64,000 nt of DNA. Origin: a candidate division FCPU426 bacterium (lineage in GTDB: Bacteria > Oederibacteriota > Muellerivitia > Muellerivitales > Muellerivitaceae). The notes under the pieces are model-generated. The model ran no database searches and was not told the DNA's origin. It saw only the letters and a list, made by a program, of their open reading frames with translations. A program made the translations under genes and the position numbers. Shown here piece after piece: positions 9,645-19,035 of the stretch. The stretch's first letter is position 1; each line of letters opens with the position of its first letter. The stretch covers positions 192,001 to 256,000 of the forward strand of contig CAVTWJ010000023.1 in assembly GCA_963738405.1 (NCBI GenBank). Reading direction: 5' to 3'.

Positions 9645-11830
9645 CGGGAAGCGCCGGGCCCGACCAGAGGGGCGTGGGCCAATAATTGGAGCCCGTCCAG
9701 CGCCTCTTTTTGCTGGGGATTGATTGACTGAGATGCTCGGTAGGCCTGTTCGGCGTCGCTCAGATCGTTCATCATCCTGAAAGCATCCCCAATCTTGGCG
9801 AAGGCATAGGGGTTCCGGGGCTCGCGCTTGATGCATTCCTGGTAGGAATTAACCGCGTTCGCGTAATCCCCCAAGGCCAGCCGGGTTTCCCCCTGCATCA
9901 GATAAATTCGCGACAGGGTCTGGGGCTGGCGGTATTTCAGGGCGTTGTCAAAACTCCATTCGGCCAGGTCGTACATCTTGTTCATATAGGCGAAATAACC
10001 AGTAAAATCGTGGCCGATTCCGTAAGAATCCTTCATGACGTCGGTGTATTCGTCCCAATAGCCCCGATCCTCCGGGTTAATATTCCTCAAACGGTAGGTG
10101 CCCCACAGCTCGTTCAATCGGGCGGAGGTGAAGGGGTAGTTTAAGTCCTTAGTGTTGGCGATTCTCCAAAGGAAACCGTCGGGCATGGAAGATGGGTTTT
10201 TCTCGCGCATCCACTGGGCCGTAAAGATATTGGTGTAGTAGAAAGACCGGTCCTTGGCGTGTTGATCAATCATGTCCTGAACCACCGTCTCGGGGCGGAT
10301 ATCGACCCGTCCATAGGGGTCGGTCTTCATGGGAACCGCCAAAAAGGGCCAGCGGGTCATCAAGGGGTCCCTGTACCAGTCGTAGGGGATCAACTGCATG
10401 GTGAAACTCACAACTTCCGGCCTCTTTCCTTCCACGAATTGCAGATACCAAAGGGGAAGGATGTCGATATCGCCGTTGCAGAGGATGACCCCATCGCGGT
10501 TGACCGTCTTGAGCATGTTCATGCCCTCGTCGTAGGAACTGACGTACCGGCTCTGATCGTTGAGGGGGTAGTTGATCTGCAGGGGAATCAGGGACAACCC
10601 CAAACATAAGGCGCCGGTATAGAGGGGCGCACCGTTGACCTTCCAGTTTTTAGCGGCCCAAAAGCAAAAGGAAGCGGCCGTTGCCGCCGCGAAAATGGAA
10701 AACATCATGAAGACCGGGGTGAAAAAGTTGTCCAGCGTCCATTGGTATCCTTCCAGGGGATTGTTAAAGACTATGACCCCAAAAAAGACCCCTGAACCGA
10801 ATAAAAGAACGCCGATGGCCGAAGCCTTGTTGCGCCGATAGAGCCAGATCATGCCCCATAAGGCCATCAAAAAGACCAAAACGGAAAACCAGGAGCCAAA
10901 CTGGTCATTAGCGTGGAACCAGAACCGTTTGAGATTTCGCATCACGGTCGTCCAAGAACGGGTGTCGCCGATGCCTTGGTAACCCTTTCGAACCACCGTG
11001 CCCCAAAGCCGGTCAAGATTATTGGGGTTCCACCAATTGACTAGGGGGTTCTCCATAGAGCGGATGGGAAGGTACAGATAAACCGATAGCGAAAGAACCA
11101 ACATGGTGAGGCCCCGCACAATATTGAGAGCCCCAATGGCGGAAAGGACATTGGTTAGCTTTTCCATCAAATCAAAGGGCCTCAAGAGGCTCTTAAAGAT
11201 TCCCCAGAAAGGCTCTCTCTTTTGGCTTGCAAGGAAAAACCAGAGGTATGCGGGAGCCATCACCATTTGGTTGGGCCAATGGTGGGCAAGACTTAATCCG
11301 TAAAGGAAACCCATTAAAAGGATCGATTTGATGAACCAACTCTTTTCCCGCATTTTGAAGAAAAGATAAAGCATGAAGACCGAAAGAAAGGTGTTCAGGG
11401 TGTAGATGCCGCCTTTGGCCCCGCAGGCCTGAAACCACTGCTGATAGGAAAAGGCAAAAATCAGCGCCCCAAAAAGGGCCGGAATCTCGAGCGTCCACGG
11501 GGCCAGCGGGGTTTGCCCCCCGGTTTTTTCATCCGTGGTGAAGGGTAGTATTTCTTTGAACATCATCTTGAGGACCCAATAGAGCATCACCACCGAGATA
11601 CTGCCTGTCAGAAGGGAGCAAAAGGTGACGCGGAACATGGGTTTACCCAGGGGAAGAAGACAGTTCAACCGCCCCCAAAGCGTGTGCAGGGGATAGCCGG
11701 GGGAATGGCTGATGGTTAAAAGGTCGCAGACCATGATGGTCTCGCCCGAATCGTTGATGTTGAAGGTGGCGCAGACCGTGCGCAGGTATATATAGAAAGC
11801 AAAGAGAAAAAGACCCACAGGGATGAACAT
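9641..11830 (-). CDS. DUF2723 (TMEM260-like) GT-C membrane glycosyltransferase with C-terminal TPRs
   Basis: DSGE...SHSPGYPL, GLSLAHH, YLYLPIRS, GDIDILPLWY motifs; about 11 TM segments; C-terminal TPR repeats. Confidence 0.8.
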   Translation of the reverse strand: MFIPVGLFLFAFYIYLRTVCATFNINDSGETIMVCDLLTISHSPGYPLHTLWGRLNCLLPLGKPMFRVTFCSLLTGSISVVMLYWVLKMMFKEILPFTTDEKTGGQTPLAPWTLEIPALFGALIFAFSYQQWFQACGAKGGIYTLNTFLSVFMLYLFFKMREKSWFIKSILLMGFLYGLSLAHHWPNQMVMAPAYLWFFLASQKREPFWGIFKSLLRPFDLMEKLTNVLSAIGALNIVRGLTMLVLSLSVYLYLPIRSMENPLVNWWNPNNLDRLWGTVVRKGYQGIGDTRSWTTVMRNLKRFWFHANDQFGSWFSVLVFLMALWGMIWLYRRNKASAIGVLLFGSGVFFGVIVFNNPLEGYQWTLDNFFTPVFMMFSIFAAATAASFCFWAAKNWKVNGAPLYTGALCLGLSLIPLQINYPLNDQSRYVSSYDEGMNMLKTVNRDGVILCNGDIDILPLWYLQFVEGKRPEVVSFTMQLIPYDWYRDPLMTRWPFLAVPMKTDPYGRVDIRPETVVQDMIDQHAKDRSFYYTNIFTAQWMREKNPSSMPDGFLWRIANTKDLNYPFTSARLNELWGTYRLRNINPEDRGYWDEYTDVMKDSYGIGHDFTGYFAYMNKMYDLAEWSFDNALKYRQPQTLSRIYLMQGETRLALGDYANAVNSYQECIKREPRNPYAFAKIGDAFRMMNDLSDAEQAYRASQSINPQQKEALDGLQLLAHAPLVGPGASR

Positions 11831-12041
11831 TCTGGGTTATTCCTAGTAAAGAGGTTAGAACTGGAAGTGGATTATAGCCAAGGCCGCCCCCGGCCCAAAG
11901 GGCTTTTTGCCTCTCATAGGGACGTGTTTGCCCCGAAAATCGGACCCATCCTTTGTGGATTTTATCCTCGGGAATGGACGAGAATGGCCCGCCCTATCCG
12001 GCTTTTCCTGGCCGGATAGGTATATCCCAAGGTTTTTATCA

Positions 12042-12512
12042 ATGGAGCCACGCTTGAAAATAAAAAACTTTAAATTCAGAACGGCCCTGACGCTCATCAT
12101 CGCGATAGGGGTTTTCACCGTCTTCGGGGCCCAAGGGTCTAATATGCCCGCGCCCCAGCCGAAGATTGATTTTGATAAATCCGTTTTGCCCATCTTTCAA
12201 AGAAGCTGTTTCCCCTGCCACGCCACTTCCCTGACCAATGTCCAATCGGTTCTGCCCAACCCCGATTTCGTCAAAAGGCAAGAGGTTGAGGCTCAGCACG
12301 GGCAGGATGATTTCACCATGGGGCCCCAGTTTCCCTTTCCCGATGACGACCGCCCCAAAAAACAGCTGGATAAAATGGAAAAAAAGCTGCGCGGCAGGCG
12401 GATGCCCCCCAAAGCTCAGCAAAAGCTGAAGCTGGGCATGGCCCTTTCGGATTCGGACCGCCAGTTATTGCTGGATTGGATCGGCCAGATGCGGGCAGAC
12501 TACCCAAATTAA
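12042..12512 (+). CDS. exported monoheme c-type cytochrome domain protein
   Basis: Hydrophobic signal segment, IDFDKSVLPIFQRSCFPCH (CxxCH), RMPP candidate axial Met, LS-x-x-D-x-x-LLLDWI; start uncertain. Confidence 0.75.
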   Translation: MEPRLKIKNFKFRTALTLIIAIGVFTVFGAQGSNMPAPQPKIDFDKSVLPIFQRSCFPCHATSLTNVQSVLPNPDFVKRQEVEAQHGQDDFTMGPQFPFPDDDRPKKQLDKMEKKLRGRRMPPKAQQKLKLGMALSDSDRQLLLDWIGQMRADYPN

Positions 12513-12530
12513 AACAAACACTTGTTCTTC

Positions 12531-12565
12531 AAAAAAAAGCCACTCCTTAAAAAAGGAGCGGCTTT
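12531..12565 (-). terminator. intrinsic terminator between convergent cytochrome c gene and tpx
   Basis: AAAGCCACTCCTT-AAAA-AAGGAGCGGCTTT hairpin with A8 on the left (U-tract on the minus strand). Confidence 0.75.
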
Positions 12566-12594
12566 GAAAAAATTAATTTCTTAACTGGTTATTA

Positions 12595-13107
12595 TTAAGC
12601 GTTGGCCTTCGCCACGGCCAAGGCGGCGTCATAGTTCGGCTCGGTGGTAACTTCCTTCACAATTTCCACATGCTTCACCTTGCCGTCCTTGCCGATGACA
12701 AAAAGAGACCGGGCTTCCAACCGCAGTTCCTTGATATGGGTTCCGTAAGCGTCCCCAAAGGCCAAATCCCGATGGTCCGACAGGGTCTTAATGGTGATGT
12801 TTTCCGCCCCGCAGAAACGGGCCTGGGCAAAAGGCAGGTCGGCCGTAATGGTCAAAACCTCAACCGTCGGGGGCAAATTCCCGATCTCTTTGTTGAACCG
12901 ATGGGTCTGCATCGAACAAACCGGCGTATCCAAAGAAGGAGCCACGGACAAGATCAGCGTCTTCCCCTTGAACTGGTCCAACGTTACTTCCTGAAGGCTG
13001 TTGTTTAAAAGTTTAAAAGCGGGAGCCGTATCGCCCACCTTGATCTCAGGGCCGATCAGGGTCAAGGGTCCGCCCTTGAAGGTAATCACTCCGTTACGTT
13101 CTTGCAT
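12595..13107 (-). CDS. tpx: thiol peroxidase
   Basis: PSLDTPVC, DLPFAQARFC, LSDHRD, EPNYDAAL; ATG 13107. Confidence 0.95.
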   Translation of the reverse strand: MQERNGVITFKGGPLTLIGPEIKVGDTAPAFKLLNNSLQEVTLDQFKGKTLILSVAPSLDTPVCSMQTHRFNKEIGNLPPTVEVLTITADLPFAQARFCGAENITIKTLSDHRDLAFGDAYGTHIKELRLEARSLFVIGKDGKVKHVEIVKEVTTEPNYDAALAVAKANA

Positions 13108-13221
13108 GCTTCTCTCCTTTAGTTTCTTTAAGCGGATAGGTTGTAACAAACCTAGAGAAATAAAAGCAACCGTCAGAAGAGATTATCCGGCAGGGGGGGA
13201 CTGTGCCCGACCCCCACTCGG

Positions 13222-14301
13222 TTAGATATGGCCCTTATGGATCAGGTATTCGGCCACCAGCATGCCGCCCTTGGCGGCGCCCATCTTGGTGTTATGGGAA
13301 ACCAGCACAAACTTGACGCCGTTCGATAGGGCGTGGTCCGCGCGCACCCGGCCCACACTGGTCACCATACCGCCCTGCCGGTCCCGGTCCAAACGAGGCT
13401 GGGGACGGAAAGGGTCCTCACTGACTTCCATCAGGTGAGGGGGGCAGGAAGGCAGTTTCAAGTCGATGAATTTTTGCCCCCATTCCCGCATGGCCTTTTT
13501 GACCTCTTCGACCGTGGCGGGTTTCTTGAGCGACACGTAAACGGCCTCGGTATGAGCCTCTAACACGGGAACCCTGGTGCAGGTGGCCGAAACCGGAAAG
13601 GGCGCGGGAACAATGTCTTCGCCTTTGAGTGTCCCCAATATTTTTTGGGTCTCTTTCTCGACCTTTTCTTCTTCTTTTGGGATGTAAGGAATCACGTTAT
13701 CCATGATGTCCAAGCCGATGACCCCGGGCGAACGGCCCGCGCCCGAGCAGGCCTGCATGGAAGTCATAATCACCTGCTGAATTCCAAAAATCTCATGGAG
13801 GGGCTTCAAGGCCATGGCGAGCCCTGTCGTGGTGCAGTTGGGCACGGGAGTGACGAAACCTTTCCAGCCCCGGTTCTTTTTTTGAACCGGAATCAGCGCG
13901 TCGTGGTTTTCATTGACCCCGGGGATAAAGATGGGCACATCTTTTTCATAGCGGAAAGCCGAGGCAGTGGAAACCACCGGGGTGGTTTTGGCGTAGCGGG
14001 GTTCCAGGTCCTTGGCTGCGTCGGATTCGACGGCCGTAAAGATTAAATCGACCTTGGTGGCGTCCAGTTTGGAAGCGTCTTGGACGGTGATCTGGGCGAA
14101 GGCCGGGTCCAGGGGTTCCTGGCAATACCAGCGGAAGGCCCCGGAAGCGTCGGTGATGGCGTCTTTAAAAAGCTTACCCGCCGAGCGTTCGCTCGCGGCT
14201 AAGGCTACAACCTCAAACCAGGGATGGCCCGAGAGGGAGGCCAAAAACTGCTGACCCGCCACGCCCGTGGCGCCGATGACGGCTACGGTTTTCTTTTTCA
14301 T
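13222..14301 (-). CDS. asd: aspartate-semialdehyde dehydrogenase
   Basis: GATGVAGQ, PNCTT catalytic Cys, MQACSGAG, SATCTRVPV, HNTKMGAA. Confidence 0.93.
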   Translation of the reverse strand: MKKKTVAVIGATGVAGQQFLASLSGHPWFEVVALAASERSAGKLFKDAITDASGAFRWYCQEPLDPAFAQITVQDASKLDATKVDLIFTAVESDAAKDLEPRYAKTTPVVSTASAFRYEKDVPIFIPGVNENHDALIPVQKKNRGWKGFVTPVPNCTTTGLAMALKPLHEIFGIQQVIMTSMQACSGAGRSPGVIGLDIMDNVIPYIPKEEEKVEKETQKILGTLKGEDIVPAPFPVSATCTRVPVLEAHTEAVYVSLKKPATVEEVKKAMREWGQKFIDLKLPSCPPHLMEVSEDPFRPQPRLDRDRQGGMVTSVGRVRADHALSNGVKFVLVSHNTKMGAAKGGMLVAEYLIHKGHI

Positions 14302-14389
14302 TCCATTTCCTCTATGTCAATGTCACCGGCTGGGCCGGGAATGGCAAAGGATAACATATTTGCCGGGGGTTTCAATAAAGGTGTGGAGA

Positions 14390-15022
14390 TCAGGGAATCT
14401 CGGTTTTGGAACTGGCCTGGTAGGTTTTCTTTTTCACGTTGATGTCGATGAAGCAAAGATAAATGCCGGGCGGCATGGGCCGGTTTTCCTCATCCTTCGC
14501 GTCCCAGCGAAAGGTGTGGGAACCCTGGGTCAGGTAGTCGGGGCTGTCGGTTTTATTAAACTCAAAATCCCTCGCAAGCCTGAAACCCGATGTGTAAATC
14601 TTGAGGAACACGCTTTCGGCGGGGATATTCACGCCCCAATCGAAGCTGATTTTTCCCTCGGCATCAGGCTTGGGGGAAACCTTAAACTCGAATACCCCCG
14701 GTGTAGGTGTGTAGGTAGGAGTTAGGGTAGAAGTTCGAGTAGAGGTTTGGGTGGGGGAGGAAGTGACCGTTGGGCTCAGGGTGACGGTTTTCGTGAAAGT
14801 GGGAGTAGCGGATGGCGATTGAGTGCCGGTGATGGTCGCCGTCGGGGTATTGGTTGGACTGGGGATGATGGTGGGGGTTAGGGTAGCCGTGGGGGTCACG
14901 GTGGGCGCCAGGGTGATAACAGGTTTTAAGACCAAGGGGGTGGGAGTCGGCTGATTTTGGGCGAAAACTAATTGGGCCGCAAAAAACAAAACGAATGAAC
15001 CTGTGATTCCAATGTATTTCAC
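14390..15022 (-). CDS. exported protein with Thr/Pro-rich linker and C-terminal FlgD-Ig/sorting-like domain
   Basis: Signal peptide, about 80 aa of TPT/TAT low complexity, KIYTSG...WDAKDEENRPMPPGIY C-terminus. Confidence 0.75.
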   Translation of the reverse strand: MKYIGITGSFVLFFAAQLVFAQNQPTPTPLVLKPVITLAPTVTPTATLTPTIIPSPTNTPTATITGTQSPSATPTFTKTVTLSPTVTSSPTQTSTRTSTLTPTYTPTPGVFEFKVSPKPDAEGKISFDWGVNIPAESVFLKIYTSGFRLARDFEFNKTDSPDYLTQGSHTFRWDAKDEENRPMPPGIYLCFIDINVKKKTYQASSKTEIP

Positions 15023-15040
15023 ATTAGCCCTTCGCGTTTA

Positions 15041-16111
15041 TTATTTAATTTCAGAGCAGACCGCTTCTCCCATTTGGACGCAGGAGACAGTCTTTTCACC
15101 CTTTTTCGCCAGGTCCGCAGTTCTCAGGCCCTTTTCCAGCACCTTTTCAACTGCCCCCTCAATCACATCGGATTCCTTTTGAAGGTGGAAACTGTATTTG
15201 AGCATCATCCCGACGGAAAGGATCATAGCCAGGGGGTTCGCCTTGCCTGTTCCGGCGATATCGGGCGCCGAACCGTGCGACGGTTCATAGAGTCCCACCC
15301 TCCCCCCCAGAGAGGCAGAAGGGAGCATGCCGAGGGAGCCGGTCAGCATGGAAGCCTCGTCTGAAAGGATATCCCCGAACATGTTCGTCGTGACCATCAC
15401 GTCAAATTGTTTGGGGTTCAGGATCAACTGCATGGCGGCGTTATCAACGATCTGATGCTCAAACGCCACATCCGGATAGCCTTTGGAAACTTCCTCCGCC
15501 ACGTCGTGCCAAAGCCGGGAGGATTCAAGGACGTTGAATTTATCCACACTGGTAACTTTCTTACGGCGCAGGCGGGCCAAATCGCAGGCTAGTTTCACAA
15601 TGCGTTCGACTTCAGGAGTACGGTAGATTTCGGTATTGACCCCGTACCGGTCCTTCCCTTCTCCATGGATGCCCCGGGGCTCGCCAAAATAGATGCCCGA
15701 GATGAGTTCCCGGACAATGAGCATGTCCACCCCGTCAATGACCTCGGTCTTGAGGGTTGAGGCTTCTTTAAGGGCGTTGAACAGCTTTACAGGACGGAGG
15801 TTGGCGTAGAGATCCAGCCCCTTGCGAAGGCCTAAAATGCCCGCCTCGGGCCTTTTTTTATTCTCAATCTTGTCCCACTTGGGGCCGCCCATGGGGGCCT
15901 TGAGGACCGCCTGCGCGGCCTGGCAGGCCTTGAGGGTGTGGTCCGGCAAGGGGTTGTCGAACTTGTCGATGGCGATTCCGCCCGCGTCTTGGGCTTCGTA
16001 TTCAAACCTATGCCCGAACACTTCCCCCACTCGGTTGAGAACCTTTTTGGATTCCTCGCAGATTTCGGGCCCGATGCCGTCACCGGATAAAACGACGATG
16101 TGAAAGTTCAT
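15041..16111 (-). CDS. leuB: 3-isopropylmalate dehydrogenase
   Basis: [35 protein letters not shown]. Confidence 0.96.
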   Translation of the reverse strand: MNFHIVVLSGDGIGPEICEESKKVLNRVGEVFGHRFEYEAQDAGGIAIDKFDNPLPDHTLKACQAAQAVLKAPMGGPKWDKIENKKRPEAGILGLRKGLDLYANLRPVKLFNALKEASTLKTEVIDGVDMLIVRELISGIYFGEPRGIHGEGKDRYGVNTEIYRTPEVERIVKLACDLARLRRKKVTSVDKFNVLESSRLWHDVAEEVSKGYPDVAFEHQIVDNAAMQLILNPKQFDVMVTTNMFGDILSDEASMLTGSLGMLPSASLGGRVGLYEPSHGSAPDIAGTGKANPLAMILSVGMMLKYSFHLQKESDVIEGAVEKVLEKGLRTADLAKKGEKTVSCVQMGEAVCSEIK

Positions 16112-16131
16112 GGTTTCAAGGCTTCCTTTAT

Positions 16132-16431
16132 TTAATGCGGAGGATTCTTCAATAACCTTCGCCCATGCGTAATAGTCACAACATGAACGATGTTACGCCC
16201 CGCGTCATGGCGGTAAATAACGCGGTAACTGCCAACGATGATTTCCCGATGGGCAAGAAGTGGAAATTCAGGAAGTCGGCGTCCAAGATTCTGGTAGCTT
16301 TTTAGTTTTTCAACGGATTCGTATAAGGTTTCCACCTCCGACCTAGCGTAACGCGGGGAATCCTTAGCGATATAATCAAATATATTTTTCAGGTCTGCGG
16401 TCGCTTCCCGCGTCCACCGGATTTTTACCAT
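16132..16431 (-). CDS. type II toxin, RelE/ParE family
   Basis: IRWTREATADLKNIFDYIAKDSP, GRRLPE, YRVIY, ITHGRR. Confidence 0.88.
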   Translation of the reverse strand: MVKIRWTREATADLKNIFDYIAKDSPRYARSEVETLYESVEKLKSYQNLGRRLPEFPLLAHREIIVGSYRVIYRHDAGRNIVHVVTITHGRRLLKNPPH

Positions 16432-16604
16432 TTCCTTATTTTTTTCAGAAGGTCTTCATGGGATATCGTCCTTTTTCCCCGTATATCAGATTCGCCTTTT
16501 TCGATTTTTTGGAGCAGATAAAGGCGATACATGAAATCTTCCAGATCCACCTTTTCGGGAAGGTTTTTAACCATCTCCGCGACTTGGCTTTTCATTACTG
16601 TCAT
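16425..16604 (-). CDS. cognate antitoxin of the RelE/ParE toxin
   Basis: 59 aa, LPEKVDLEDFMYRLYLLQKIEKGESDI...ISHED; immediately upstream of and overlapping the toxin. Confidence 0.8.
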   Translation of the reverse strand: MTVMKSQVAEMVKNLPEKVDLEDFMYRLYLLQKIEKGESDIRGKRTISHEDLLKKIRKW

Positions 16605-16638
16605 TGAAGCACCCCCATCCCTAACTTTATAAGGTCTC

Positions 16639-16647
16639 ATTGTATCA
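16639..16647 (-). promoter_or_regulatory. possible extended -10 promoter of the TA operon
   Basis: Minus strand TG-A-TACAAT about 35 nt upstream of the antitoxin ATG. Confidence 0.4.
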
Positions 16648-16724
16648 AACCCTTGGAAAAACCTTAGAGCGATGTGAAATTCAACCCTAAGCGGTGAATT
16701 TTCAGATCCCGCTAAATCAGAATA

Positions 16725-17270
16725 CTAAGTAAGTGATTTTCTAATCTCTTCTATTTTGTTACTTAACAAATGATCGGAATAATTATTTGAATCTTCCGCC
16801 CCATTTCCCCGTGTACGTTTAATTTTCGCCACATCATCAAAACTAAAATAAAACCAACTGTCTGGTTTTCCAGCCTTCTTAGTTTTCACATTTTCTATGA
16901 ATTTAGTCATATCCTTATTCGAAAATACCAATATTAACGGCAACCACGCGGATGAAGTTTTTCGAGATTTTTCTATGTCGGGGTAAACGGCAACAAGAAA
17001 AATAAACTCAGCATTTCCAGGAACTTTAAAAGTATTGAAACAAATATCGAATTTAGGTCCATGAGTTCCGGGATAAAAACGCGAAGCTTTTACCTGAATT
17101 GATATTAACTTATTTTCATTTTTATCACGTCTAGCAAGAATTAAATCAACCCCTTTTTCCTGTCTTGATAAGGGGACATAAACTGAATACCCATCTTTTT
17201 TCTTAAAAGTTTCAGAAAGTTTTTGCGCTACACAAAATTCAGAATAAGGGATAGTAAATATGGGGTCCAT
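16725..17270 (-). CDS. PD-(D/E)xK nuclease-fold protein (restriction endonuclease-like), low GC
   Basis: SEFCVAQKL helix, GVDLIL, ISIQVKAS (D...QxK) motif; clearly more AT-rich than flanking leuA and leuB. Confidence 0.65.
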   Translation of the reverse strand: MDPIFTIPYSEFCVAQKLSETFKKKDGYSVYVPLSRQEKGVDLILARRDKNENKLISIQVKASRFYPGTHGPKFDICFNTFKVPGNAEFIFLVAVYPDIEKSRKTSSAWLPLILVFSNKDMTKFIENVKTKKAGKPDSWFYFSFDDVAKIKRTRGNGAEDSNNYSDHLLSNKIEEIRKSLT

Positions 17271-17343
17271 TTTCCCTCTCTTGGTAACAATCCAACTTGA
17301 AATCACAATTCACAGTTTGAAAGTCAAAAAAACTCACCCAAAC

Positions 17344-17376
17344 AAAAAGGCCCTGGCTTTTTGAGCCAAGGCCTTT
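17344..17376 (-). terminator. intrinsic terminator after leuA
   Basis: Minus strand AAAGGCCTTGGCTC-AAA-AAGCCAGGGCCTTTTT directly after the leuA stop. Confidence 0.75.
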
Positions 17377-17381
17377 AAATC

Positions 17382-18983
17382 TTAAAGTTTCAAACCCTTT
17401 TGAATATTAAAGGCCGCCTTGGCGCTTTTCTTCTCGTGTTTTAAAAGAAGCTTGTTCACCCCGTTGATGTAGGCCTTGGCCGAGGCCTCGATGACGTCGG
17501 TAGAGACGCCCCTTCCGTTAGCCTCGTCGCCGTTGATGGCGACCGTTACCGTCACCTCGCCTTGGGCGTCCCGCCCCTGGGTGAGGGCCTTAAGGGAATA
17601 GTTTTCAAGCTTGCCCTTAAAGCCCGTGGCCTTGTCGATGGCGTTAAAAACCGCGTCCACAGGCCCGTCGCCCGTGGCGGCTTCTTCCAAAACCTTCTCG
17701 CCCTTTTTGAGTTTAAGGGTCGCCGTGGGCCGGGTGGTCGTGCCCGCCGAGGTGTGCAGGTAAGTGAGCTGGTATTGGTCGGCGGCGGAGACCATCTTTT
17801 CCTCGATCAGGGCTTCAATATCCTCGTCATAGACGCTCTTTTTCTTGTCCGCCAGGTCCTTAAACTTGGCGAAGAGGCCGTCGATGGCTTCCTGCGCCAG
17901 GTTGTAGCCGAGATCCTCCAGCCTTCTGCTGAAGGCGTGGCGGCCCGAGTGCTTTCCCAATACCAGCCGGCTTTCGGGCATGCCGATGGATTCGGGGGTC
18001 ATGATCTCGTAATTCTGGCGGTACTTGAGCATACCGTCCTGGTGGATGCCGCTTTCGTGGGCGAAGGCGTTGTTGCCCACGATGGCCTTGTTGGGCTGGA
18101 TCATGAAGCCCGTCAGGGTCGAGACCAGGCGGCTGGTTTTGTAGATTTCTCGGGTGTTCACGCCCGTCTCGTAGGGGTAGAGGTCGTGGCGGGTCTTTAG
18201 GACCATTACGATTTCTTCCAGGCTGGCGTTGCCCGCCCTTTCCCCGATGCCGTTGATGGTGCATTCCACCTGGCGCGCCCCGTTGCGGATGGCGGAGAGG
18301 GAGTTAGCCACCCCCATCCCCAAGTCGTCATGGCAATGGACGGAAATAACCGCCTTGTTGATGTTGGGCACCCGGTTCTTCAAGGTCGCCACCATGTGGC
18401 CGTATTCGGTGGGGATGGCGTAACCTACCGTGTCGGGCACGTTCACCGTCTTGGCCCCGCTCTTGATAGCCGCCTCGACCATGCGGCACAAAAAATCCAG
18501 GTTGGAACGGGAGGCGTCCTGGGCCGAAAATTCCACATCGTCGGTAAAGTTCCGGGCGTATTTCACCGCTTCCACAGTGGCATCCAGGGCCTCTTCCCTG
18601 CTCTTGTGGAACAGGTGCTTCAAGTGGATGTCGGAGGAAGAAATAAAGGTGTGGATGCGGAAGCGCTTGGCCGGTTTCAGGGCTTTGGCGCAGGCGTCGA
18701 TATCTTTCCGCATGGCCCTTGAGAGACCGGCAATGATGGTCTTCTTCAGGGTTTTGGATATTTTCTCCACCGCCTCAAAATCGCCCGGAGACGCGGCGGG
18801 AAAACCCGCCTCAATGATATCCACCCCCAGCTTTTCCAGCTGGAGGGCGATCTTCATTTTTTCGGCGGTATTCAGGCTGGCCCCGGGGGCCTGTTCCCCG
18901 TCGCGCAGGGTGGTATCAAAAATATAAACCCGTTCGCCGACGGTTGAAGATGTGGAAGTTTTTGAACTTTTTTTAGTTTTCAT
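17382..18983 (-). CDS. leuA: 2-isopropylmalate synthase
   Basis: DTTLRDGEQAPG, HCHDDLG, GERAGN, AHESGIHQDG, C-terminal regulatory domain GDGPVDA. Confidence 0.96.
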   Translation of the reverse strand: MKTKKSSKTSTSSTVGERVYIFDTTLRDGEQAPGASLNTAEKMKIALQLEKLGVDIIEAGFPAASPGDFEAVEKISKTLKKTIIAGLSRAMRKDIDACAKALKPAKRFRIHTFISSSDIHLKHLFHKSREEALDATVEAVKYARNFTDDVEFSAQDASRSNLDFLCRMVEAAIKSGAKTVNVPDTVGYAIPTEYGHMVATLKNRVPNINKAVISVHCHDDLGMGVANSLSAIRNGARQVECTINGIGERAGNASLEEIVMVLKTRHDLYPYETGVNTREIYKTSRLVSTLTGFMIQPNKAIVGNNAFAHESGIHQDGMLKYRQNYEIMTPESIGMPESRLVLGKHSGRHAFSRRLEDLGYNLAQEAIDGLFAKFKDLADKKKSVYDEDIEALIEEKMVSAADQYQLTYLHTSAGTTTRPTATLKLKKGEKVLEEAATGDGPVDAVFNAIDKATGFKGKLENYSLKALTQGRDAQGEVTVTVAINGDEANGRGVSTDVIEASAKAYINGVNKLLLKHEKKSAKAAFNIQKGLKL

Positions 18984-19035
18984 TTTTAAAACCTCATTTT
19001 AAGTAAGGGGTGAATGACCGTTTGGAAAAACTGGA

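Noticed and set aside
16664..16715. Integron attC site for the nuclease/TA cassettes
   Set aside because: No RYYYAAC...GTTRRRY boundaries at the hairpin ends and no integron integrase nearby
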